This document shows positions 1-9,825 of a stretch of DNA of 64,000 bases, one piece after another; position 1 is the stretch's first letter, and each line of letters opens with the position of its first letter. A program made the position numbers and the translations under genes. The stretch is from a virus, in IMG/VR virus record IMGVR_UViG_3300035703_000025, positions 1 to 64,000 of that record. One strand, written 5' to 3'. The notes under the pieces were generated by a model that searched no databases, was not told the origin of the DNA, and saw only the letters and a program-made list of their open reading frames with translations.

Positions 1-289
1 AGTCTGGCAGAATAATCTCTGAGCACGGATTCGTACCAAAGTTATTTGATGTATCACGACGATCCTCCTCAAGCATGGTGATTCGTGCTTCTAGATCGCA
101 AGAATATCTCCTCGCCTCGTCGCGCTCTGCTTTCATTTTTGCAAGATCGTCCAATGCTTCGTGAAACTCTTTGCGCTCAAACTCAAAGGCTTCTATGTAT
201 TCCTCAAGTTGCATTTGGAGTGAGTGTCGTTCGTCTTGACACTTGTCCAGTTGACCTTCGTAGGTTGGCTCGTATTGCTTGTCGCTCAC
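1..289 (-). CDS. ERDEARR-family coiled-coil protein with RNR-like peptide (3'-truncated by window)
   Basis: Not in ORF track. The GTG at 289 overlaps the stop of 286..516. Translation: MSDKQYEPTYEGQLDKC...AERDEARRYSCDLEARITMLEEDRRDTSNNFGTNPCSEIILPD. Confidence 0.75.
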   Translation of the reverse strand, partial: MSDKQYEPTYEGQLDKCQDERHSLQMQLEEYIEAFEFERKEFHEALDDLAKMKAERDEARRYSCDLEARITMLEEDRRDTSNNFGTNPCSEIILPD

Positions 290-465
290 TTTACACCTTT
301 CTTCAATACCGAATACAGGACACTCTCACAGAATTTCCGAAACTCTTCTGGATAAGTTTCGTGATCATAGTACGGTGTTTCCTCGTACCACAGGTCACGC
401 AAAACGTTTTCCAAGGCATCCACAACCAGTTTTCGTTCGGTCTTGGGATCAATGTCATCCATTGT
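286..465 (-). CDS. hypothetical protein
   Basis: MDDIDPKTERKLV..., preceded by AAGGAG; stop coupled to next gene. Confidence 0.6.
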   Translation of the reverse strand, partial: TMDDIDPKTERKLVVDALENVLRDLWYEETPYYDHETYPEEFRKFCESVLYSVLKKGVK

Positions 466-630
466 GTGTCTCCTTGTCGGTAGAGTATAGCAGGTAAATA
501 GTGTGGTGTCAAGCAAACATCTTGCGAATCTGCTTGTAGCCGTAGTATGCCATCACGGACACTCCCATGACAATGGCTGCAGCTTTGATGTACTTCCAAA
601 AGTTATTCATGGCTTTCTCCTTTCTGTGTT

Positions 631-1005
631 TCAGTTGATGACTTCTGCTGTGACGGGAACGGGCTTTGAGTGCTGCTTGTACTTCTTGTACAGGAAGTAA
701 GCAAGGTAGGCAAACGCTGCCAAGACACCCATCTTCAATAGGGACGAGAACCATCCGCTGCTGGGCTTCTCATTGGGCTTACTACTATCCGCTTCCTCGG
801 TGTGTGCGTGGTTCTTCTTGCAAGCGCATCCCGAAAAGTAGAGACTGCTGTAGTGGCGCAACTCGGATTCAAGGTGACGAATCTTGTTGTCCTTGCTCAA
901 GAGTTTCCACTTGGTGTCATGCAAGTGAATCATGTAGAGCAGGGACACCACGACGAATCCGACTGTGGAAAGTCCAAGCAAGATGTTGAGATTGTGTGGG
1001 GTCAC
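631..1005 (-). CDS. membrane protein with two TM segments
   Basis: Hydrophobic N- and C-terminal segments; ATGA overlap with upstream ORF. Confidence 0.6.
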   Translation of the reverse strand: MTPHNLNILLGLSTVGFVVVSLLYMIHLHDTKWKLLSKDNKIRHLESELRHYSSLYFSGCACKKNHAHTEEADSSKPNEKPSSGWFSSLLKMGVLAAFAYLAYFLYKKYKQHSKPVPVTAEVIN

Positions 1006-1223
1006 TTGCTTTTCTCCTTGTGCATGTCGGGAAGCACATCCATCACGACGAGATCATCAAGGTCAGTCCAAAAACAGGTGTTGGCAAGTTCGTTGCGGAA
1101 CTTCCCCACCTTGCCGTTTAGAGAGATTTCAAGCAGCGTCCATTCGTTGCGTTGGATTCTTGTGATCCTGTCCGTCAGCAGTAGCCGCTTGCCTATTAGT
1201 TCTTCCCATTTGTATTCAATCAT
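1002..1223 (-). CDS. hypothetical protein
   Basis: Translationally coupled ORF in operon. Confidence 0.6.
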   Translation of the reverse strand: MIEYKWEELIGKRLLLTDRITRIQRNEWTLLEISLNGKVGKFRNELANTCFWTDLDDLVVMDVLPDMHKEKSK

Positions 1224-1555
1224 TTGGTTTCCTCCTCGTCCTGAAAATCATCGGGGTAGCACATCACTAGTGCGTCCGTCCAGTTCTCGCACACCATGCA
1301 TGTAGCGATTTCGGGGCAGTAAATGAAGTCGCACACATGCTTCGGATGCATGGCATCTGGAGCCATGTTGTCCCGCATCATGTCTACGACAGCCTTCAGA
1401 AGCCGCCTTACCTCGTCGCGCTCTTTGCGGAGTTGTTCCATCTCGCGTTCAAGTTCACGGGCAAACTCTGCACGAACAATGAACGCCGACCGCAGACCGT
1501 CCTCACTCCACCAGTTTGTTTCTGCTGCGTCGGTGCGTGGGGTGTCGTTTATCAC
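1220..1555 (-). CDS. DTPRTDA-motif / ERDEVRR coiled-coil protein
   Basis: GTG start; NDTPRTDAAE...FARELERE...ERDEVRR; Cys-rich C-terminus. Confidence 0.65.
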   Translation of the reverse strand: MINDTPRTDAAETNWWSEDGLRSAFIVRAEFARELEREMEQLRKERDEVRRLLKAVVDMMRDNMAPDAMHPKHVCDFIYCPEIATCMVCENWTDALVMCYPDDFQDEEETK

Positions 1556-1892
1556 GGCTGACCTTCCTTCTTCGGGCGTCTTGGAAACAGCACGCTTATC
1601 CCGATCCCTGCGAGGCAACACAGCATCGTCAGGACGATGCCGACAATCACTCCGATTCCGAAATCGTCGCTCACTTGCTTTCCTCCTTCCGTAGCCCCTG
1701 CACTTCCTTCATGTTTTCCTCCAACGCCGACCGCAGTTCTTCGATGAGTTGCGTGGCGTTCGGTGTCGCTCCGCTCAAGCCCCGCGTCTGGGCGAGGATG
1801 CGGTCGGACTTCTGTGCAAGTGTCATGGCGCAGGTGTTACTGAACATGGCGAATCTCCTTCTGTGTGGTGTTGTTATTCTTCTTGTTGTCGT

Positions 1893-2192
1893 TCATTCGT
1901 CTACACACTCCATCCATTCCGCTGCCCTGTTCAGAGCCTCGGCAAGGATTCGCAAGTCTCGTGGATTGTCCATATAGACAGTCGGTGCAGCGGGATCATC
2001 AGGATCGCCCCAATAGTCGGCACGAACACCCGCCATGCGCCGATTCATCATGGGGTCGTATGAAGGAACAATCTCCACCTCGTATTGTCCTCTCACAGTA
2101 ACAGTCACACCCTTGGGGCGACGATTCTCTGCCGTCATACGCAATTTCTCTGTCTTGGTATTGCGCTTGATCTTCTTCTTGGTCTTAGTCAT
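1893..2192 (-). CDS. hypothetical protein (paralog of 3543..3821)
   Basis: Shared EIVP...R.D...P..LR...A.WME pattern. Confidence 0.65.
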   Translation of the reverse strand: MTKTKKKIKRNTKTEKLRMTAENRRPKGVTVTVRGQYEVEIVPSYDPMMNRRMAGVRADYWGDPDDPAAPTVYMDNPRDLRILAEALNRAAEWMECVDE

Positions 2193-2739
2193 TGTTGTGT
2201 TCCTTTTTGTCAAACCTTCTTGGGCAGAGTGAGGGGATAGGAAGGTCCGCTGACAATTTCATTGTGGATGAGAATGTTCTTCAGAGTGTCAAACGCATCG
2301 CCCATCTTGTATGAGATATCAGAAAGCGCCTCTTCAATATCACGACCACTGATGTCTCGGGAAGAGATTTTGTTGTCAAGATCGTTAATTTTTTTGAACA
2401 TACCTTCCATCGTCTTTGCGATCTTGTAAAGGTCATCAGAGTGAACGGTAACGATCTCATCGGAATGAACGGTGATATTCTTGGTCTTGGTTGCGGTCTT
2501 AGTCATTGTTGTTCTCCTTGTTGGTGTAGTGTAGCAGTTAGGGGTGCTGGTGTCAAGCCTTGTTGGTAAGAATTTCGATCTTCTCGTTTGCCTCATCAAG
2601 CATTTCCTCAAGACGGTTATTCGTCTCAAGCAAACGGTTGTACTTTTCCTTGTACATGTCGGCAAGTTCAGCCAGCGTGTCATAGTCAAGCATTGTCAAT
2701 CTCCTTGTTGGTATAGTATAGTACAGTCTATTGGTATTG

Positions 2740-2991
2740 TCAAGCATTATCTTTGAAACAGTCCCAGCCACGCTTGTCTGCATAGTACTGTTCGGATGAG
2801 GTCTTATCCCAATGGTGTTCCCATTCGCAAACTTCCATCCGTGCCTCGTCACGCTCCTTGCCAAGCCGCTCAATCTCATCGGCTGCGTCAAGCAACAATC
2901 TTTGGTATTCGCGGCTTGCGTAAGTCTGAAATTCGCCAAGCCCATTGGCTTCAAGCCGCAACCGTCTAACCATTGAAATCTTTTCGCTCAT
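2740..2991 (-). CDS. ERDEARR-WDCF family protein
   Basis: ERDEARMEVC...RGWDCFK. Confidence 0.75.
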   Translation of the reverse strand: MSEKISMVRRLRLEANGLGEFQTYASREYQRLLLDAADEIERLGKERDEARMEVCEWEHHWDKTSSEQYYADKRGWDCFKDNA

Positions 2992-3368
2992 TTGTCATAA
3001 TCTCCAAGTTCAAACTTTGGCGGTATTGCCTTGCCTTTGGAAACAACTACGCCATTTAGAGTCTTGACGACTGGTGTGTTCTTGAAGCAATCCCATTCCA
3101 AAGAGTCAGCAATCTCTTCGGGCTGCTTGTCCTTGATGCAATATGCTCGGCTTCTGCATACCTCTCGCCGTGCTAGATCACGCTCTTCGGTAAGTTCCAG
3201 AATCTTTTCAGAACGCATGTCACACATATGAATACGCTCGGTCAATTCATCACGAAGAAGTTCCATGTACTCATACGCCTCACAGATATCCCGAAGAACA
3301 TCAGGGGGCAGATCGGTACGCTTGCTATGGCAGCGTAGCCGGTAGTCTAGGGGTTCGTAGTTAGGCAT
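2988..3368 (-). CDS. ERDEARR-WDCF family protein
   Basis: ERDLARREVC...LEWDCFK. Confidence 0.75.
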   Translation of the reverse strand: MPNYEPLDYRLRCHSKRTDLPPDVLRDICEAYEYMELLRDELTERIHMCDMRSEKILELTEERDLARREVCRSRAYCIKDKQPEEIADSLEWDCFKNTPVVKTLNGVVVSKGKAIPPKFELGDYDK

Positions 3369-3542
3369 TACTTTCCAAATGTAATTGTGATCTTCTCAGC
3401 CAACTGAACGCACAGCATTATCATCATGAACGTTGTACCAAGAAACATTGCAGTGATGGCAATGTCCATAAGGAGGCCAAGCACACCCTGATCAGGAAAA
3501 AGTTTTAGAGTCTTAGTAATTGTCTTAGTCTTGGTTGCTTTC

Positions 3543-3821
3543 TTAGCCATTGTCATCCTCCTTGTTTGCATTCTTATCTTCCATCCAGTCAGCTAGACAC
3601 GAAATTACTGATGAGATTCTTCTTAGGCGCTCTGGTGAATAAAAAGAAACCGCTAGTCCTGCGGAACCGCTGTTTGACAAAATATCTGATCTTATGTCAA
3701 CCACCTTTTCTTTTCTTGTAGAGCTGTACCACGGAACTATTTCCAACTCACCATCGTAACCGTTTCCAACAATTGTTGGTTGATATTCGCTGCAGTCTTT
3801 TGTTTTTTTAGCCTTTGGCAT
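3543..3821 (-). CDS. hypothetical protein (paralog of 1893..2192)
   Basis: ELEIVPW...IRSD...PERLR...ADWME. Confidence 0.65.
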   Translation of the reverse strand: MPKAKKTKDCSEYQPTIVGNGYDGELEIVPWYSSTRKEKVVDIRSDILSNSGSAGLAVSFYSPERLRRISSVISCLADWMEDKNANKEDDNG

Positions 3822-4248
3822 CTTGTTCCTTACTAAAAAATCCTTTGCCACCAGCCTCTTTCCAGGCTTCGTACGCTGGCCTAATTTCGTGAATATTTGA
3901 ACTGACGTGGTTAGATCCAGCCATCAACCACGCAAACTGCTCTGATTCAAGTACCTCCATTGCGATTTTGTATTTGCGAGGTATGCCATCTGCAAGGCAG
4001 TTTCTGTCTGTCTGAAGATGATCACAAGTATTTTGAAGCACCTCTATTTCATCCACAAGACGATTGTGCTGTAGATCTGCCGTGTGCATCAAAAGGTATT
4101 CGTGGTTAAATGGAAAGTGCTTTGAAACACGCCGCGCCCTTTGCCTTATTTCTTTTGGAACCCTTGGGGTTTTTCCAGGGTTCATAAGATCTAGCAAAAA
4201 GCTGTATGCGCTATCAATCGCCCTCATCATTTCTTCTGTTGTCGTCAT
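3808..4248 (-). CDS. hypothetical phage protein
   Basis: FLLDLMNPGKTPRVPKEIRQRARRVSKHFP, a motif typical of small phage proteins. Confidence 0.65.
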   Translation of the reverse strand: MTTTEEMMRAIDSAYSFLLDLMNPGKTPRVPKEIRQRARRVSKHFPFNHEYLLMHTADLQHNRLVDEIEVLQNTCDHLQTDRNCLADGIPRKYKIAMEVLESEQFAWLMAGSNHVSSNIHEIRPAYEAWKEAGGKGFFSKEQDAKG

Positions 4249-4749
4249 TTTTTAGAAAAAGGGTTGGTATGACAGTGTCTTCTTTATCGGGTCTTGAGCT
4301 TGTAAGAGTTGATGATCTTTCAAGTATTCCATTAACCATCGCCTGTGTCTTTTCAAGACCAATTATTTCTGCAATGGCGTCTGCGGAATCAAGAAAGCAC
4401 TCCTTAGATATCTGGGAGCAGTAGAGAATCTTATACGCGATTTCGTCTGATATCTCTGATTGATCGTCGTATTGTATATCTGTCGATGAGTCGCCTTCAT
4501 CAAGCGTAAACTGAATAGTTATCATCTACTGATGCTCCATTAGAAACAATACAGTGGGCAATTACTGTTTCTTTATAGTTGATGTCTACCCATTTGTGCA
4601 CTGGATTAGCGCTATAGCTTTTGCCGATCTCTGGCGCAATTCCATCAAAAATACAGTACAGCTCATGATGTCCGTTGTTGTACTTTGCTGGCTGATCCAC
4701 ACAGAACACGCTTGGGTTTTCTGTCTCGCTCTTTACCTTGATGATCATT

Positions 4750-5370
4750 TTATTCTCCAAAAATTGATGATGAATTAAGTGCTGAATACTTATACGGCTT
4801 ACTGAGCTTATCACTCCAAAACTTTGGCAATCCCATTTTGACCTTCTGCGGTCTGTCTATTTGATTTGGGCAATACAATATAGCCTCCTCTTGGGCTAGC
4901 TTAAAAGTAGAAGGCATGATATTGTGGTTCTTTTGGGCAATAATTTTCTTGATTATGCTTCCCTGCTTTACCATATTGAAATCAAGGTTTTTGATAAGCC
5001 AGGTATCAACATACGACTCCATTCCTTTGTTGATCCAACGAGTATCGCTAGTTGAAAAAACAAGAGTAATGTCTCGCTGTCGTGCAAGAGAGCACATCAT
5101 TAGCAGCGCGTCATTGTTTCTTCTTTCGTATTTTGGAAACACGAGCTGTGGCTCATCAACCCAGATCACGCAATCTGAAAGCTCCTCAAATGATATTGAT
5201 GGTATGTTTTCAACGCCCGTACCGTCTAGCGCTTCTGGAAATGGATGGTCTACTATGTACGTCTTTTTGTCTTTTACAGACGCCAAAATATTAAAACAAG
5301 CAGCGGTTTTTCCGCTGCCTGTGTTTCCAACAACCGATACGACTTTGCAATTTTTCCAGCTGAAGTTCAT
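4750..5370 (-). CDS. P-loop NTPase
   Basis: Walker A GNTGSGKT, Walker B IWVDE. Confidence 0.8.
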   Translation of the reverse strand: MNFSWKNCKVVSVVGNTGSGKTAACFNILASVKDKKTYIVDHPFPEALDGTGVENIPSISFEELSDCVIWVDEPQLVFPKYERRNNDALLMMCSLARQRDITLVFSTSDTRWINKGMESYVDTWLIKNLDFNMVKQGSIIKKIIAQKNHNIMPSTFKLAQEEAILYCPNQIDRPQKVKMGLPKFWSDKLSKPYKYSALNSSSIFGE

Positions 5371-5837
5371 GTTACATTGTAGGCTGAGGGACTGCGGACT
5401 TAAATCGAACTCCACCGTTCTTGCCGCGCTTGAATTCAATCTTATCCCCGTACTTTGCGATAATCATGTCTCGCATATCATTAGGATAAACGTTGTGTGA
5501 TTGCGCAAGAGCGACAAGCTTTGCGGTTCCATTGGAAACCATTGTTTCAAACTCTGACCAATTGATCTGTACAGAAGCGGGATCGTTCTTTGATGTTCTC
5601 TTCTTCATCTTAATCTCCTTTGTGTTATTAGGTGACTCAACCCAAGCGATATCGCGTAAACACTTTACGCATATTGGACTTACATACTTTCCATAAGAAA
5701 ACGGTAAATGGTCCAGTTTCTGAAAGCAGTGCCTGCACAAACAGCCCTCTGGCTTGCCTTCGTCGTTGGTAGTGACGAGTACCGTACTCCCGTCACCTTT
5801 GTTCATATCAGTATAGCTAAATTGCTGAGCAAGTTTT

Positions 5838-6356
5838 TTATTTTCGCTTTTTCTTTGCTCGAATTCTTCCAAGATTTGGTCCAGTGAACGGTATATCCAC
5901 GCGGATTTTGTGCCTAGAATGACTGTCATTTATTGAAATCTCGCTTGAGATATGGCTAACGGATTCCCACGAAAATAAATACCACGAGTCCGTGATCGGA
6001 TTGTATACGGCCAGGAAATCAAAATCGCCGTCTTCATAAGGTACTTTCTTGTTGCCGGATGACTTTTTGCGGACATCGCACCTGAATGATTCTTTTTTTC
6101 TGTCATAATAGCACTGCTTCACTTGAACTGTTGAAAACTTGTCTCCGTCGAATCCGCGAACAACAAAGTCGTAATGAAGCTCCTCTAGTAGGGGCCTTGC
6201 GCACTCCCACCCATTTAAGTGGCAGATGGATGGGAAAAGCATTTGCGCGTACATACCGCTATTGAATTTTAGCTTTTTGCTTTTCGCTTTGGTTTTTGCT
6301 GTTTTGATTCGCTGCTTACTTCGTCTAGTAGAAGGAAAATTAGTGCTGCTCGCCAT
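5838..6356 (-). CDS. PD-(D/E)XK endonuclease (PDDEXK_5-like); start uncertain
   Basis: YDFVV...VQVK...Y..GDFDFLAVY. Confidence 0.7.
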   Translation of the reverse strand: MASSTNFPSTRRSKQRIKTAKTKAKSKKLKFNSGMYAQMLFPSICHLNGWECARPLLEELHYDFVVRGFDGDKFSTVQVKQCYYDRKKESFRCDVRKKSSGNKKVPYEDGDFDFLAVYNPITDSWYLFSWESVSHISSEISINDSHSRHKIRVDIPFTGPNLGRIRAKKKRK

Positions 6357-6736
6357 TTGTATCCTGGTTTATTGGCACGATATGTGCCACTCTTATATTG
6401 TAGAGCGGTCCAGTCCAAAATGCATTCAATATCTTTCGCTTTTTCCTCCGAAATGCCTTCTTGCTGAGACATGGCGAATGCTTCCACCGCAAGCATTGCT
6501 GCGGATACCGTGATCTGCTTTTCCCATTCCTTGTTGAACAACACTATCGACTCAAGCACCGTGTAAATGAAAGAGAAGTTCTTTTTGAGCTGCTTGCTGA
6601 TAAGGCCGTATTCTCTTTCGGCAGCGCTCATTGTGGTTTTATTGCTAACAACTGACTGCATCTGCATAGCAAGGTTCGTTGTGATATGAACAAACAAAAC
6701 CTCGGTTGGTACGGATTTGTTGCATCGCTCAATCAT
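6269..6736 (-). CDS. hypothetical protein
   Basis: 155-aa ORF in operon. Confidence 0.6.
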   Translation of the reverse strand: MIERCNKSVPTEVLFVHITTNLAMQMQSVVSNKTTMSAAEREYGLISKQLKKNFSFIYTVLESIVLFNKEWEKQITVSAAMLAVEAFAMSQQEGISEEKAKDIECILDWTALQYKSGTYRANKPGYKWRAALIFLLLDEVSSESKQQKPKRKAKS

Positions 6737-6737
6737 T

Positions 6738-7145
6738 TTAATCTCTTACGTCTTTCTTGAGTCTTTTCGAAACCTCTTTACCTTTGTCCGTGAGGTTTAT
6801 TACGGTTGTGCCGTCCTGGTTTCTTACAACAGAAGCCAGCCCGTTTATCTCAAGGTCATGTATCTTACTCTCTATCAGAATTGCTATGGCAAGCTCGTTG
6901 TCTATCTCAGTAAGAACTATATCAAGGTTTTGCTTGATAAACTTCTCAATTGACGACACCATCGGAGAAACGCCATCAAGGTATCTCCATACAACAGTAT
7001 AATATGCTGCCTTTGCTGATATTTGATCTGGGCTTAGATCATTTTCTTGAAATTCAATCTGGGTACAAATGAGGCTATACGCAGACATAATGTTTTTGTA
7101 GTCTGCGAATAGTATTTTTTTTGCATCATTGTACCGTTTCATCAA
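6738..7145 (-). CDS. hypothetical protein
   Basis: 135-aa ORF with GTGTAT motif just upstream (7152-7157). Confidence 0.6.
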   Translation of the reverse strand: MMKRYNDAKKILFADYKNIMSAYSLICTQIEFQENDLSPDQISAKAAYYTVVWRYLDGVSPMVSSIEKFIKQNLDIVLTEIDNELAIAILIESKIHDLEINGLASVVRNQDGTTVINLTDKGKEVSKRLKKDVRD

Positions 7146-7696
7146 ATATTAATACACCTTTTACTCTCTTCGCAAGCCCTAGAAATTACCTGATAGACTT
7201 TTTGCTTGCTGCAATTAATCCTCTTGGCGATTGCATCAATTGTCATGTCTTCAATAAATCGCATTTTCATTATTTGAGCGTACTCTGGTCTGATCTTTTT
7301 GAGTATTTTTTCTACTTGCTCAACCTCTTCCCTGCCGTTTTTCGAAACATAGTAGCTCTTTGGCTTTTCTTCAAAAATCTTAGAAGCAACACGATACGTC
7401 TTGTTCTTTTTTGTCATCAGATCTTTGACGACACCGCGACCGCGATTAAAAGCATAGGTAGAAAAATCTGCCTTTGTAGGGTCGTATGAAAATCTGTTTT
7501 CCCAAAGGTCAATGTAAATCTCTTGAACGGCGTCATCTCTTTCAGATACTGGCAGCTTTCCGATTAGTGGGCCACTTCTTGGAAATCTGTTTTCAATGTA
7601 GCAAACAATATATTCATTTGCCTGACCATCGTTCATTTCAGAAAACAAAGGCCTTCTCTCAAGTGCCGGCATTTTTTTGCCCTTCTTTCTTTTCAT
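7142..7696 (-). CDS. ECF-type RNA polymerase sigma factor
   Basis: Region 2 DDAVQEIYIDLW...YDP.KADFSTY; region 4 HTH MTIDAIAKRINCSKQKVYQ. Confidence 0.8.
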   Translation of the reverse strand: MKRKKGKKMPALERRPLFSEMNDGQANEYIVCYIENRFPRSGPLIGKLPVSERDDAVQEIYIDLWENRFSYDPTKADFSTYAFNRGRGVVKDLMTKKNKTYRVASKIFEEKPKSYYVSKNGREEVEQVEKILKKIRPEYAQIMKMRFIEDMTIDAIAKRINCSKQKVYQVISRACEESKRCINI

Positions 7697-8142
7697 CGGA
7701 TTCTTTTTCTAGCTGCAAAAACTAAAGCCCCAACCGCAAGTGCTGAAATTACTGATGGTCCTGGTACTGGCGGTCTGACAGGTCCGTCATATGGAATTGA
7801 TTCTGCAGCAAAGGACATGGAGACGCTTTCCACAAAATCGTGCTGTATTGCGATAAACAGCTGTTGATTAACGCCCTGTGTTGTATAAACTAGATGGCCG
7901 TCTCTGTAAATGTTATGAACCCAAAAACCAGAAAAGTTGCCCATGAAGTAATTATTTGAAGGGGTGGAATAATTAACTACTGTTGGAGGGTTTAATGCTG
8001 GCCCTCTTGGTTCAGTGATAGAGTAATTGTAATTAAAGTTAAGTGGTGATGTGAAAGAAAATCCAAGATATGTCGATCCTTGGTCGATAGTTGTGTAGAA
8101 GTGCTGTCCTTCGCCATAAATTGTAGAGAATGAGTAGTCCAT
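7693..8142 (-). CDS. PEP-CTERM-like sorting-signal protein
   Basis: C-terminus VPGPS + TM (VISALAVGALVFAA) + RKRIR. Confidence 0.7.
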   Translation of the reverse strand: MDYSFSTIYGEGQHFYTTIDQGSTYLGFSFTSPLNFNYNYSITEPRGPALNPPTVVNYSTPSNNYFMGNFSGFWVHNIYRDGHLVYTTQGVNQQLFIAIQHDFVESVSMSFAAESIPYDGPVRPPVPGPSVISALAVGALVFAARKRIR

Positions 8143-8159
8143 TTTTTTCTTTGGTTTAG

Positions 8160-8233
8160 CGTTCCCGGAGGGATTCGAACCCGCGACCTAGTGCTTAGAA
8201 GGCACTTGCTCTATCCAACTGAGCTACGGGAAC
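8160..8233 (-). tRNA. tRNA-Arg(TCT)
   Basis: GTTCCCG acceptor, anticodon loop CTTCTAA, GGTTCGAATCC; no encoded CCA. Confidence 0.95.
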
Positions 8234-8585
8234 ATTGTTTTAGTACGCTACTACGCGGCAGCTGTCAAAAGTATTTCTCCAAAAATCTCTTATTCTTGAC
8301 AGTTCTCGCTTCGTGCAATTGTATGAAACGGTTGAATAACCGTAGCTTGATGAAACATTTAGATGCTCAATATCAAACTGCTTTATTGCATTTCCAAAAG
8401 TAACCATGTCCTCTGGTGTGTTTATTTTAACTTCTACTATTGCTGTCATACAATCCGTCCAGTCATTTTGTTAAAGATGATGCAAAATAAGACAACCTTG
8501 CCAACAAATATTGTTGTATGAAGAAGAAAAGCGGTGAACATTTCAAGACCAGTCCACTTCTTACCGTTTTGATCAGTAAACTCCA

Positions 8586-9152
8586 TTAGCTGTTCTCCAT
8601 TCCAATTTTGTCCATAACCTGCATAAGAGAAATCGGCATGTAATTATTACTATCGACACCAACGTCGTATCTGTTTTTGATCGTTGAAAAAAGCTTTCCG
8701 TGCGTGTGCCCGTGAAGATGAATTGATCCGTAGTTTTGGCTACTCCAAGACTCAATTGGGTAGTGCATCAAAATAATTTTTGTGTTTCGCCTATTTTCTG
8801 GCATTGATAGAAATAGGTGCTTGGCTGATAGCTCATGATAATCAAAAACGTCCTTGAATCCAGTCATACGATTTTTTGCGTATGATGCGGAAGGGTCGTG
8901 GTTTCCACAAACCAGATAAACGTTTTTGCACTTGATCTTGTCGAGAATCTTGTTAACCTCTGTTTCCCACTTCTTGCCGTTAGAGTAGAAACAAAAATCA
9001 CCAAGATGGTAAAGCTCATCTCTTTCACCAACCATTGAGTTGATGTTGTTGATGATGACTTCTTCCATTTGCTCGGCTGAAGAAAATGGTCTATCGCAGT
9101 ACTTAATAATATTTGCGTGACCAAAGTGTGTGTCGGATGTAAGCCAGATCAT
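8586..9152 (-). CDS. calcineurin-like metallophosphoesterase
   Basis: DTHFGH, LGD, GNHD, HGHTH motifs. Confidence 0.9.
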   Translation of the reverse strand: MIWLTSDTHFGHANIIKYCDRPFSSAEQMEEVIINNINSMVGERDELYHLGDFCFYSNGKKWETEVNKILDKIKCKNVYLVCGNHDPSASYAKNRMTGFKDVFDYHELSAKHLFLSMPENRRNTKIILMHYPIESWSSQNYGSIHLHGHTHGKLFSTIKNRYDVGVDSNNYMPISLMQVMDKIGMENS

Positions 9153-9262
9153 GTTATTTTGGAAATTTAAAACTAGCAGCAATAACCGCAGCAGCAACAA
9201 GCAGCAGTGGAATTATTGCAAACAGTAGTGTGATGATTATAGCAGTATAAGACACAAAAGAT

Positions 9263-9466
9263 TCAGCGATTTCTGATTTTGTCTTTTTTCTTCGGATATC
9301 CTGGATATCCCCAGTCTCGCGGTTCTGTAACTCCCTTTTCTTGATCACAGAATCCACATATTCCTGTATGGTATGTTGATACTCGTATTGCTTTTTTCGC
9401 ATTCATTTCTTTCGCACAGTCGTTGCAGATCCATGCTGGATAGTTTTCTTCTGTAAATTTTTTCAT
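9263..9466 (-). CDS. small zinc-ribbon protein
   Basis: CNDC...CGFC. Confidence 0.55.
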   Translation of the reverse strand: MKKFTEENYPAWICNDCAKEMNAKKAIRVSTYHTGICGFCDQEKGVTEPRDWGYPGYPKKKDKIRNR

Positions 9467-9469
9467 AAA

Positions 9470-9542
9470 TAGGGCCGGTGGGATTCGAACCCACACTTTA
9501 TTGATTTTGAGTCAATTGACTCTGCCGTTGGTCTACGACCCC
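9470..9542 (-). tRNA. tRNA-Leu(CAA), short variable arm
   Basis: ATTGA-CTCAAAA-TCAAT anticodon arm, GGTTCGAATCC. Confidence 0.9.
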
Positions 9543-9825
9543 ATGTGGCTGTAATTTACAGCCTTTGGTTTTTAATCTGCGTACAGCTCTTCTTCAGTAT
9601 ATCTGGTTACTTTGAATTTTGTGTAGTTTCGTTTTGTAAAAGCCTTGATTACTTTAAATTGGTCTGATGTGCAATACCAGTGAACATCAATTCCACTAAC
9701 TCCAAGACCGCATCCGTAAAAGTGATTTGGATATTGATCCTCAAGTCCGCGAGTAATCTTAAAGTAATCACCTCTTTTAAAGTCCATAAAGTAATGGTAT
9801 TTCTTTTTACTAATAGTCTTCTTTT

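Noticed and set aside
9470-9542. Leu tRNA without a long variable arm as a novelty
   Set aside because: Short-arm tRNA-Leu(CAA) genes are already known in bacteria and phages.
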